Positions 1-10,450 of a DNA stretch of 60,000 nt are shown here, in pieces. Numbering within the stretch: position 1 is the first letter of the stretch; each line of letters opens with the position of its first letter. The position numbers and the translations under genes were made by a program. Below the pieces are notes generated by a model. It did no database searches, was not told where the DNA came from, and saw only the letters and a program-made list of their open reading frames with translations. The stretch spans positions 3,969,374 through 4,029,373 of the forward strand of contig MU054220.1 in NCBI GenBank assembly GCA_013239625.1, given 5' to 3'. Source of the stretch: Lama guanicoe (taxonomy: Eukaryota).

Positions 1-448
1 CATGACTGGCAGGTAGGTTGGCCAATAGGGGCAGGCCCAGAGACTACCTGGGAATGACCCGACGGAGGAGAAGGGGCTAAGAATCAGAGCTCAGAGTAGG
101 CGGCTCCTGTTGGCCAAGATCCAGGATCCAATTTCCTTCTGCCTGACAAGTGTAGACATTTCCCTCTCGCAGCAACAGGGAGCAGGAGATGAACACATTC
201 TCCACACTTGGCAGAAGATGGGCAGTTCCCTGGAGGGCAGGGCGTCAGCTAAGGCTGGGGACATGCCCAGGTGGCCCCGTGATGGAGGGGCATCAACTTC
301 AGGAAGCCCACAACCACCACCAAGCCCCAAGGAGACCCCCAGATTGCATTCAGAGGGCCTGGGGTTATACCAGCTCTGCTCGCCCACGCTGAGGGGTCTG
401 ATCCTCAGCTTCTTCATCAATGAGATAAGAATAAGGGTTGGCATAGGG

Positions 449-760
449 CAGGAATTGGCCAACTAGGGCCTATGGACCAAATCCAACCCACCACCAATAT
501 TTTGTACAGCTTGCCAGCTAAGAACAGATTTTACATTTTTTAATAGTTGGGAAAAAATAAAAAGAATATTTTGTAACACATGAAATTCAAATAAATAAAT
601 AAAGTTGAATTGGTACCAGCCACGCCCACGGTTTATGTACTGTCCACTGCGGCTACCACAGGCCATGGTGGAGCAGGGCAGCTGTGACAGAGACCGCTGG
701 CCCACAAAGCCAAAAACATTTATTACCTGGCCATGGATGGAGAAAGTTTGCCAGTCCCTG
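449..760 (+). mobile_element. MER58-like hAT-Charlie non-autonomous DNA transposon remnant
   Basis: Begins caggaattggccaact and ends aaagtttgccagtccctg (degenerate TIRs); internal 'gtgacagagaccgctggcccacaaagccaaaaacatttatt' is typical of MER58. Confidence 0.8.
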
Positions 761-1613
761 GTGCCAGGGACCAGATGGTGTACACACAAGTGTCTGTAAG
801 AAGCAGCAAGATTAGAGCTGTCCTTAGCTTGGGATCTCAAGGGAGAGTGAGCTGAGTGGCAAGAACTGAACAGAAGGAACTGAATAGTCAGGAGGGAGAA
901 GATACAGACAAGGGTTCAGTTCCTAGCTCTGCCAATGCAGGGCCACAGAGAAAAGACTTCAGGGCCTCGCTTCCCGATTGAACCCCATGTTATAAAGAAA
1001 AGTGAGGTTGGCGCCTGGCATGGTCGGGCTTGATGAGCTGGAGCTGGGTAAGCCTCTGTACGAGCACTTGTGGAAGAAGCGAGGGGTGAGTGTTTCATTT
1101 GCAGATGAAATTAAACAGAATGTCTCCCAGTGTTATGCTTTCCTGTCTACACTTTCTGTAAACACTAGAAGGTCTGCCCATGCTCTCCTTAGAGGAGGTC
1201 TTGACAGCCACAAAACAAGGTTATGAGATGCAAGCACATCTTCTTTGGAAAATTCTGGAATAATCACCCACAGCTGTGTGAGCAGTAGGAAGGAGGTGCT
1301 GATTTTATATTACACTTTATAACTGGTAGACTGACCATTTATGTCTAAGCAACTACAATTTAAATTGACCAAATATATAATGTTATGCCAAATCAGCTTG
1401 TACAATGAAATTATTATGCTACTAATATTTTACTAACTCCTGCTCATCCTTCAATACTCACCTCAAACATCTACCTCCCCCAGGGAACCCCCTACTCCAG
1501 TCATCCTTGTCACAACAGCGAGTGCCACACCCTCCCCGCCAACACACATGCTGGTTCAGGGCACTCCTCTGCTTCCTTCCAATCGCGCTGGATACTGGAG
1601 CAGCTCCCACCAC

Positions 1614-1833
1614 AGGCTCTGGCATCAGACTGCCTGGGTTTGAATGTTGTTCTATCACCTCTTAGCTGTGTGACCTTGGACAGGTGACTTAACCTCTCTG
1701 ACCCTCACCTTACTCATTTGTGAGAAGACAAAAATAAAACTTATTTGGCAGATTTGCCCAGAGATTAAATTAAATAATATGGGTTAATGCCTGGCAGAAG
1801 GTAGGCTTTCAACAAATCAAGGTTACTATTATA
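1614..1833 (+). mobile_element. MIR SINE
   Basis: MIR core 'ctgggtttgaat...agctgtgtgaccttggacaggtgacttaacctctctg'. Confidence 0.85.
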
Positions 1834-1968
1834 ACATGTAATGCTGTACAGTAATTTTTCACTCATTTGTCCGTCTCCCCCTGTGGACTGCAATACCTTG
1901 AAATGAAAGATTGTGTAGTATTTATGAGGTCAAAGTAGACTCCCAACAAATTTTGCCGAATGAAAGAC

Positions 1969-2173
1969 TGGATGGATAGAGGGAGGGAAGATGGGAAGAA
2001 GGATGCAGGGATAGATGCATGAATGGATGGATAGATGGATGGATGGAAGGATGGAGGGAGGGACGGATGAGCAGATGGACATAGGGATAGATGGGCGATG
2101 GAAGGATGGATGGAGGGAAGGAGGGATGGATGGATGGATGGATGAGTAGATAAAGGGATGTAGGGATGGATGG
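1969..2173. repeat. Degenerate (GGAT)n/(GGAG)n simple repeat
   Basis: Directly visible tggatggatggatgg runs; follows an L2-like tail. Confidence 0.9.
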
Positions 2174-2689
2174 AGAGGTGAAGGGGAGGGGGAGGAACTT
2201 TCGCCTAGAATGCCAGGAGGTGCTCAGATGCTTTCAGATGCTCAGCCATTTGAAGGAAGTCTGAGATCCACTGTCCCTGAGTCAGCGGAGACTCATTTTC
2301 AGTCCTCTTCTGTCCTTCCCCAAAGGGTAGGGTATGGAATGTGTAGGGTAAGCACTCAGAAGCAACCAACTGCCAAGACTCCCTCACTTTCCCCAGAGCC
2401 CCGGAGCTTAGAAGGTAGGACTAGGGAGGAACACGTGTCTTCAAGAGAACCCCATCTCTACGATGGGCCCCTGTGAGTTCACACCTGTGGAGTAGGAGGT
2501 TTGATTTATCCCTCACCTGAGGATGGGGAGGAGCCCTCAAGTCTCACCCTAGAACCTGGAAGTCCCCTGATAGCCTTGGGGAAGCAAGCAGTGCAGCTAT
2601 GCGGCACCTCTAGACCCAGAATCAGAAGTTCAGGCTTAGCACCTGCTCTACTTAGCACCTAGGACCAGTGACTGCCCCCCTCCCCCAGG

Positions 2690-4333
2690 CCTGCCTCCTC
2701 AAAAGTCAAATGAAAGGCTGAGACCAAGAGCAGTGTTTGCCAGAGTAGTTCTTCCAAATACAAGTCCTAGAACACATGCCATTAAGAACAAGCCTTTACT
2801 ATCACTGGGTCTGCGGAGCGTCAGTTCTCCCCAAGACTCACTGTACATTAGGCTATTAGCGCTTCCAAGACACCCACAGTAAACACTGCTGACTTAAAAG
2901 CATTTTTCACTCAACAGCCCTAACACCACATGGAATACATCTTAGGAAACGCTAAGCCAAATGCTCCTGAAGGTCCCCTGGGAGCCGGGTCTCTGGGACT
3001 CAGAGCTGCAGGATTCAGAGGAGGGAGGAGATGGATGGTCCTTCGACCACTAGCTGGCTCAGACCCGACACCCAAAAGCCACGCTCGGGGCTCTTCCTCA
3101 TTCTCCTCATCCCACAGCCCAAATGCATCTCCTCCGATCCACCACCTCTCCCAGCCCCATGCCTCACCTCCCACCTGGACCCATGCAACTCCCTGGCTGG
3201 TCATGGGTTCCACTCCTGCCTTTCTCAACCCGTTATTCACACTGCAGGAAGGGCTTTTTGAAAAATGTAAACTAGATCTTGTCACTCCCCTGCCTGCAAC
3301 CCTCCAATGGTGATGGAGCCAACATGCTTGCTATAAAATCCAGGCTCTTATGTGGCTGGCATGGCCCTGCCCATTTTGCCTGGCTTCCCCTGGGTCTTTA
3401 GCACCTCCATCTTCCCCATCACACATTCATTCCTAAGGCCACAAAGGCCGCTCTTTCCAGTTGTTCCATATACCAGACCCTTGCCCACCTGAGTGCCTTT
3501 GTCCTTGCTGTTCTTCTGCCAGGAGCTTTTCCCCCAAAGCCCCCAGCTGGCTCCTTCCCTCCCCGTAGGCAGGCTGTTATTCCTCCCAGATGCCCTCCCT
3601 GAATACCCGATCTACACAGCAGACCTCCAGTCCAGCTGTGCACTAGAATCACAACATGCCAATGTGCAGGCCCCTGTCCCTACCCCGATCAAGCCATCAG
3701 ACCCTTATAGGGGCAGGGAGGGCTCCCCTGGTGACTCTAGAGACCAGCAGCTTCAACATCTGGGCCTATACACGGCCCTGCTCACTGCAGTCATCTTATT
3801 GGTCCCCTAGTGTGCCCAGAGCCCAGTTAGAATATGGTTCCTCATGGGACGGGCTGTGTCTGTCTCATTCGCCCTGTACGCCAGAGCCTAGAACTGTGCC
3901 TATCACATAGTAAGCACTCACTGTGTATCTGCAGGAAGAAGGAAAGGAAAGGGGGAGGGTCTGAGGAGGTCAGGAAAGGTTTCTTAGAGGAGACAAGACA
4001 AACTGCTTTGATCTTGCAATGGGAAGTTTCTGGTCCTTAGAAATACCATTGTTGGCTTGTGTGGATGGGGTTGCTTCCTCCAAGAGTAGATTTTAATCCC
4101 CTTTGGGTCGGAAAAGGCTGATGGAAGCTGTAAGCCCTCTCCCTAGAAAGATGTACGCAGATCGGCAGGCACATGTTTTCATTCGGTTTCAGGGGGTCAC
4201 TAACCCTGGAAAGCCAGGAGGTCCTTACTTTCCCCATCTCCCGATTGCTTTAGAGCAGTGGCCCCCAGTCTTGGCAGTACGTTAGAATTAGCCCAGGAGC
4301 TCGAAAGCTTGTAGGAAGGACCACATCTGTTGA
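2690..4333 (+). repeat. Tandem duplication unit 1 (1644 bp)
   Basis: Matches 4334-5977 at offset 1644; 6 substitutions found on reading; ORF track repeats with the same offset. Confidence 0.97.
3075..3935 (+). mobile_element. L2 LINE 3' fragments (duplicated at ~4719-5579)
   Basis: 'tagatcttgtcactcccctgcctgcaaccctccaatgg' and the L2 terminus 'gcctagaactgtgcctatcacatagtaagcactca'. Confidence 0.75.
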
Positions 4334-5977
4334 CCTGCCTCCTCAAAAGTCGAATGAAAGGCTGAGACCAAGAGCAGTGTTTGCCAGAGTAGTTCTTCCA
4401 AATACAAGTTCTAGAACACATGCCATTAAGAACAAGCCTTTACTATCACTGGGTCTGTGGAGTGTCAGTTCTCCCCAACACTCACTGTACATTAGGCTAT
4501 TAGCGCTTCCAAGACACCCACAGTAAACACTGCTGACTTAAAAGCATTTTTCACTCAACAGCCCTAACACCACATGGAATACATCTTAGGAAACGCTAAG
4601 CCAAATGCTCCTGAAGGTCCCCTGGGAGCCGGGTCTCTGGGACTCAGAGCTGCAGGATTCAGAGGAGGGAGGAGATGGATGGTCCTTCGACCACTAGCTG
4701 GCTCAGACCCGACACCCAAAAGCCACGCTCGGGGCTCTTCCTCATTCTCCTCATCCCACAGCCCAAATGCATCTCCTCCGATCCACCACCTCTCCCAGCC
4801 CCATGCCTCACCTCCCACCTGGACCCATGCAACTCCCTGGCTGGTCATGGGTTCCACTCCTGCCTTTCTCAACCCGTTATTCACACTGCAGGAAGGGCTT
4901 TTTGAAAAATGTAAACTAGATCTTGTCACTCCCCTGCCTGCAACCCTCCAATGGTGATGGAGCCAACATGCTTGCTATAAAATCCAGGCTCTTATGTGGC
5001 TGGCATGGCCCTGCCCATTTTGCCTGGCTTCCCCTGGGTCTTTAGCACCTCCATCTTCCCCATCACACATTCATTCCTAAGGCCACAAAGGCCGCTCTTT
5101 CCAGTTGTTCCATATACCAGACCCTTGCCCACCTGAGTGCCTTTGTCCTTGCTGTTCTTCTGCCAGGAGCTTTTCCCCCAAAGCCCCCAGCTGGCTCCTT
5201 CCCTCCCCGTAGGCAGGCTGTTATTCCTCCCAGATGCCCTCCCTGAATACCCGATCTACACAGCAGACCTCCAGTCCAGCTGTGCACTAGAATCACAACA
5301 TGCCAATGTGCAGGCCCCTGTCCCTACCCCGATCAAGCCATCAGACCCTTATAGGGGCAGGGAGGGCTCCCCTGGTGACTCTAGAGACCAGCAGCTTCAA
5401 CATCTGGGCCTATACACGGCCCTGCTCACTGCAGTCATCTTATTGGTCCCCTAGTGTGCCCAGAGCCCAGTTAGAATATGGTTCCTCATGGGACGGGCTG
5501 TGTCTGTCTCATTCGCCCTGTACGCCAGAGCCTAGAACTGTGCCTATCACATAGTAAGCACTCACTGTGTATCTGCAGGAAGAAGGAAAGGAAAGGGGGA
5601 GGGTCTGAGGAGGTCAGGAAAGGTTTCTTAGAGGAGACAAGACAAACTGCTTTGATCTTGCAATGGGAAGTTTCTGGTCCTTAGAAATACCATTGTTGGC
5701 TTGTGTGGATGGGGTTGCTTCCTCCAAGAGTAGATTTTAATCCCCTTTGGGTCGGAAAAGGCTGATGGAAGCTGTAAGCCCTCTCCCTAGAAAGATGTAC
5801 GCAGATCGGCAGGCACATGTTTTCATTCGGTTTCAGGGGGTCACTAACCCTGGAAAGCCAGGAGGTCCTTACTTTCCCCATCTCCCGATTGCTTTAGAGC
5901 AGTGGCCCCCAGTCTTGGCAGTATGTTAGAATTAGCCCAGGAGCTCGAAAGCTTGTAGGAAGGACCACATCTGTTGA
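4334..5977 (+). repeat. Tandem duplication unit 2 (1644 bp)
   Basis: Junction ...ttga|cctgcctcctc; 3-bp microhomology CCT at 2690, 4334 and 5978. Confidence 0.97.
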
Positions 5978-6232
5978 CCTCATCAGCCATACTGAAGGAA
6001 CACCCTTGCTGGTGCCTGCCCTGAGATTCTGATTTAATTGGTCTGGGGTGAAGCCTCAGCATCAGGGTTTTTTTTTTTTAAGTTTTCCAGGGACTTCTTC
6101 TTTTTAAAAATAATTTGAAAGCTTTATTTCTCCCCACAATTAGCAGATGGATTTCATGTTAGTTCAACCAGAAGTTTTCTTCCTATAGTTGCTGTAAGCT
6201 TTCCAGGGAATTCTAATGAGTTGAGACCCCAG
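5900..6232. mobile_element. MER5-family hAT element split by a small retrocopy; its left part is also copied at ~4256-4333
   Basis: cagtgg... start; 'gagattctgatttaattggtctggggtg'; end 'ttccagggaattctaatgagttgagacccc'. Confidence 0.75.
6099..6194 (-). pseudogene. 5'-truncated processed retrocopy (mRNA 3' end, parent unknown)
   Basis: Flanked by 20-bp direct repeats 6079-6098 and 6195-6214 (18/20 identical); minus strand has AATAAA (6128-6123) then an A-rich tail; TT|AGAA L1-endonuclease-type site. Confidence 0.7.
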
Positions 6233-6744
6233 CAGGGCCTGGTCCCTCTGGTCTGAGTGGGATGCAGGCAGGTCTGGGGCCCCTGGTACAGCAGGTCCTG
6301 GATGGGGAGTATCTCATATGAACCTCCCTGTACCTCCGCTCCACCCTGCACTTCCTGGAGGCACATTCCTGGGGTCATTGACCCTAGAGCAATATCCGCC
6401 ATACAGAAGAAGACTTCTGAGATCCTTGCATTTCTCAGAGGGGTCAGAGAGAGCACGAGCCCACAGACGACGCAGCAAGATCGGGGCTGAGCACGCAGTG
6501 GAGGACTTGGAGATTCCTGGTCCAGAGCTCGTTTCTTTCCATCTGCTGCTCTGCCCCAGCTCACCAGGCCTTCTGCATAGAAATTTAAGGGGAACTGGAC
6601 TCAGAGGCACACAGCAGCCCTTGGTTCCCACCTATCAGCCACATAACCTGGGGAAATGCTGCAGAGCTGCCTCCCACCCACCCCACATGGGTGTGAAGGT
6701 GAACTGTAATCCACGCTGGCTCGCACTCTCCCTGCCCGAAGATG

Positions 6745-6935
6745 CCTCATCTGCTACATCTTATCAGCTGTGTGTGGCCTTGGGCAATTACCTCAGCCCT
6801 GTGCCTCAGCTTTCCCACCTGCAAAATGGACTTAATAATGGGTTATGGTGAGGCTGACATGAGTCAGTATTTATAAAGTGCCTGGCACCTAGTAAGTGTC
6901 AAATAAAAGTCACCAATTACGATAATGATGATTAT
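6745..6935 (+). mobile_element. MIR SINE
   Basis: 'agctgtgtgtggccttgggcaattacctcagccctgtgcctcagc...gtgcctggcacctagtaagtgtcaaataaa'. Confidence 0.85.
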
Positions 6936-7518
6936 CATCCAGAGGTTGTTGATTTCCTGACCAACAGTCCGAAGCCCTGTAGGGCACTTGCCTCTAGATA
7001 TTTGCCTGGTCTGGAGGCCTCTGCTGCTCTCAGGCAAGGGGGACGGGGTGAAGCAGGGCGGGGCTGGGCCACTAAGGAAGAAGGGCCTCTGCCCTCCACA
7101 GGGGCAGGGCCTCTGTCTCCAAGCCTCTCGGCTGTGCCTTAGGGGCCTGCCTGAGGCCTGGCCGTCCAGCCAGTTTGGTGAGTTGGACAACTAATCCCGT
7201 GGAGCTCAGTCAGTCTGCTTGGACAGAAAATAGAATGAGAGCCTGGCCGGGCTGTTGTGCTCTGCAAGGCCGCCCGTCAGGAGGCGCTCCACCTGCAAGC
7301 TGGTTGGTGGCCACCCGGCTCTGGACTTTGTCCTGACTGCCCATGAAGAGAGGCTGGTCACAGGCAGTTGTGTTTGTTTTCACGTGTGACAGGTGATGTG
7401 CTTCCTGAAACCTGTACTGACTCCAGGGGCTGGCTTTTTGACCTCCCTACTATCTTATTTTTCAATCTCTGGTCTTACCTTTCCTCTTGTTAAAACAGAA
7501 AAATAAAAATAAAAAGCT

Positions 7519-7539
7519 GTTACCCTGAGCAACCGGAAG
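7519..7539. promoter_or_regulatory. RFX X-box overlapping an ETS site
   Basis: GTTACC-CTG-AGCAAC fits GTNRCC(N0-3)RGYAAC; overlaps ACCGGAAG. Confidence 0.5.
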
Positions 7540-7589
7540 AAATCAGGAGGCTACAAAACATGATTAGAATCTCACATTTCCTTTAAGAC

Positions 7590-7760
7590 TTAGATTTGAA
7601 TCCCAGCGCTGCGGTGTGACCTTGAGCAAGGGAGTTACTAAACCTCTCAGCCCAGAGTCTCATCTCTACCACAGGGATACTGGCAGGATGCTCTGTCTCA
7701 CAGGGTTGTTGGAGGGCTGTGATAAAGCATGTAAAGATTTTGGGGGCACTGTCAGTTTCT
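7590..7760 (+). mobile_element. MIR SINE
   Basis: 'tttgaatcccagcgctgcggtgtgaccttgagcaag'. Confidence 0.7.
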
Positions 7761-7959
7761 TACAACACAAGTGAGCAAACCCCATCACCAGCACCATCAT
7801 GGGCTGGAAGAAACACGTTAGGATCAGACCTTCTCAGGAATCCCAGGATTTCAGCGCACAAGGCCTCCTATTTGTCTTACAGAAGCTGAACTGGAGGAGC
7901 CATAAACAGCTCCTGTCACAAGATCCCATGAGCAGTGTAGTGACAACACTTTTTGGTTT

Positions 7960-8090
7960 GTATCATGCCATCCCCACTGTCTCTCATTTAATCTCTATAA
8001 CAATGCTGCCCCCGCCACGGAGATACTATTATCCCCATTTAACAGATGAAGAAACTGAGACTCCGGTTCAGTGACTTGCCTAAGGTCTGA
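7960..8090 (-). mobile_element. MIR SINE
   Basis: 'attatccccatttaacagatgaagaaactgagact...gtgacttgcctaagg'. Confidence 0.8.
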
Positions 8091-8763
8091 CTTGAGACCA
8101 GAGCTCCTTTTGCTTCACCTGCTGCCACTTCAATGAGGTAGATGGTAGAGCCCACCCACCCCACCCTTCCGCACCTCTGCATGCCTGCCTGACTCCCTAT
8201 CCTGCCCTAGCTCTGAGAACTGACTCTTGGCTTCCTGTCAGGAAGGAAAAGATCAGCCCTACCAATCCTGGCCAGGGTGTTCCTTCAGTATGGCTGATGA
8301 GGCCAACAGATGTGGTCTTTCCTACAAGGCTTTGCTCTGAAACCCAAGCAATGAGACCAGAGGGCCTTCAGCATAAAGAAGGGGCCACTCTGATGGAGGG
8401 TGCCACATGGAAAAGAGCAGACACTACAAACCTTCCAGCCTCCCCACCTGGCCCAGTGCAGCCAAAGACTCAAGTTGAGGCTGAGCCATAGCCTTGGACC
8501 TCCCCCTCTCCATGGCTTCTTTTCCTGATTGCTTTTTGCAGGCTGCTTGGGCCCCATGCAAGCCCTACTCTCTCCCCACACTAGGTTCTAAGCCTCATGC
8601 ATTCAGATTCACATTACTAGAAAGGCTTTTGACATCACCGACTTAGTTCCCATTTCTCAGATGAAGAGACTGAGACCCAGAAAGGACCATGAATCCCTAC
8701 CCTTCTGGGGAGTATGTGTGTGTGCAGTGTACACAGAGCAGGGAGGGAATTGGTTAGAGCCAT

Positions 8764-8960
8764 CAGTGCTTCCCAACCTGTTTCACATCATGATACATGT
8801 AGAGAAGTATACATATTTGTCCAGCAGTCTGGGGTGGACAGACAGGACTGTGCCTGGTCTGAGGTGACCCACCCAGGGCTCTGTTCCCAAGGACTAAGGT
8901 GATAACCAATCATCTCAACACATCTGTAACTCATTTGGGCACATCAGTTGGGAAGCCCTG
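8764..8960. mobile_element. MER117-like hAT-Charlie MITE
   Basis: 14-bp terminal inverted repeats cagtgcttcccaac / gttgggaagccctg (1 mismatch). Confidence 0.75.
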
Positions 8961-9129
8961 AATTAGAGGGATATTTAGGACTATATGAGAGGCTGCCCAG
9001 GAGCCCCAGAGTCTAGGGACCCTAACAATAGGACCCAGATTCCCAGATGGGCTCTAAGGAGTCAGTTACCTTCTGAGGACCCCTCTCCAGCCCCATGGTG
9101 GGAGGGAAAATAATGAACCAGGTCATAGT

Positions 9130-9260
9130 GTGGACTTTGAATTGAGAGAGACCTCGATTCCAATCCCATTTCACAGAACTGTGTGATCTCTGGCAAGCTG
9201 CCTACCACCCTGAGCCTCAGTGTCCTTATCTGTGAAATGGGGATATCAAGCCTTGTCCAG
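9130..9260 (+). mobile_element. MIR SINE
   Basis: 'ctgagcctcagtgtccttatctgtgaaatgggg'. Confidence 0.75.
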
Positions 9261-10229
9261 GAAGGTGACAGAATCAGCTTGTCAAAACTTAGGAAGCAAG
9301 CATGACAGGCAGGAGTCTCTGGGAGGAGGTCTTGTTAGGCAAAGAGTTCCCTCCTTACATGGCAGGAGGAGGGTATGCATAGATTGACCCTTGAGATGTG
9401 GGACACAAACTGCCCCAGGAAGGTTACTGTCACCCGTGAACTTGAAACATGTCAGGCAGAGGGAGGCCTGATGAAATGAATGTTTATAAAAGCATCCCCA
9501 TAGGAGCGATGTTTTGCTAATCTTATCTCATTTAATCCCTACCACCCTGCCAGGTGGAGAACATGGCTCCATCATCCTCCTTTTATAAGGAGGGTTTCTG
9601 GGGCTCAGGAAGGGGGTGGTCACACAGAGGACAGTGGTCCAGCTGTCCTCTGTGCTCCAGACCACGAAGCATTCTCACGTGGGGTCAGGAAAGCCCAGCA
9701 TCAAAGCGCATGGAATTGGAGCAACCAGGAGCGGGGCCAGGTGTCTGTAGACACAACAAACACATGGGCACTTCGGAACGCTTACCCTACACCAGCCAGC
9801 TGGGACAGTGGTGGATGCAGAGAGCCAGGCTGAAGGGGATGTGAGTGAACCCAGGCCTAACCCTCAGAGGCAACCTCAAAGGGGGCAGCACGCTTCTCCC
9901 CAGAATGGCTCATGGGTCAGAAGGCCTGAAGGGCTGCCTTCCCAGGGGCTCCCAGTGGCCATCTCTGTTTCATTTCCATCCTGAGCCCATGCAGTTCATT
10001 AAACCCCCACTCTGATGGGCCCCGAGCTGGACACAGAAAGTGAGGGGAATGAAACCCATCCCCGCCCTCAGGAAGTCCTGTCTGAAGGAGAACAGACATA
10101 TATAAAAATGAGCGGTTACACACCAGGGTCATCACAAAGCTGCACGGTGATCCCACCCAGCCTCCTGCGCTCCCTCTGCGGGATAGGACGGGCTCTTTAG
10201 AACGTAGCCTACAGTATTCAATAATAACA

Positions 10230-10450
10230 GAAGCTAACATTTTTGCAGTTACCATTTGCCAGACTTTGTGCTAAGTGCTTCACACGGCTCAGCTTATCCT
10301 TGCAATGACCTTATGAGGTAAGCACTGTTTTTAACCCCATTTTACAGTTGAAGAAACTGAGACGCAGGGTGGCGGAGGGACCTGCCCAAGGTTACACAGA
10401 TCATAGAGCTGGGAATTGAACCCCAACAGCCTGACCCGGAGCCTCTGTGC
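10230..10450 (-). mobile_element. MIR SINE
   Basis: 'cccattttacagttgaagaaactgagacgcag...cctgcccaaggttacacag'. Confidence 0.85.

Noticed and set aside
1002..1092. Coding exon MVGLDELELGKPLYEHLWKKRG with gtaagc/gtgagt donors
   Set aside because: No recognisable homology, promoter or downstream exon chain
2920..5929. Repeated sets of identical ORFs as tandem gene copies
   Set aside because: They follow from the 1644-bp duplication and lie largely in L2/hAT remnants; no recognisable protein
6290..6851. Terminal exon 'VLDGEYLI*' or the 177-aa ORF
   Set aside because: No polypyrimidine acceptor; the long ORF runs into a MIR; no family recognised
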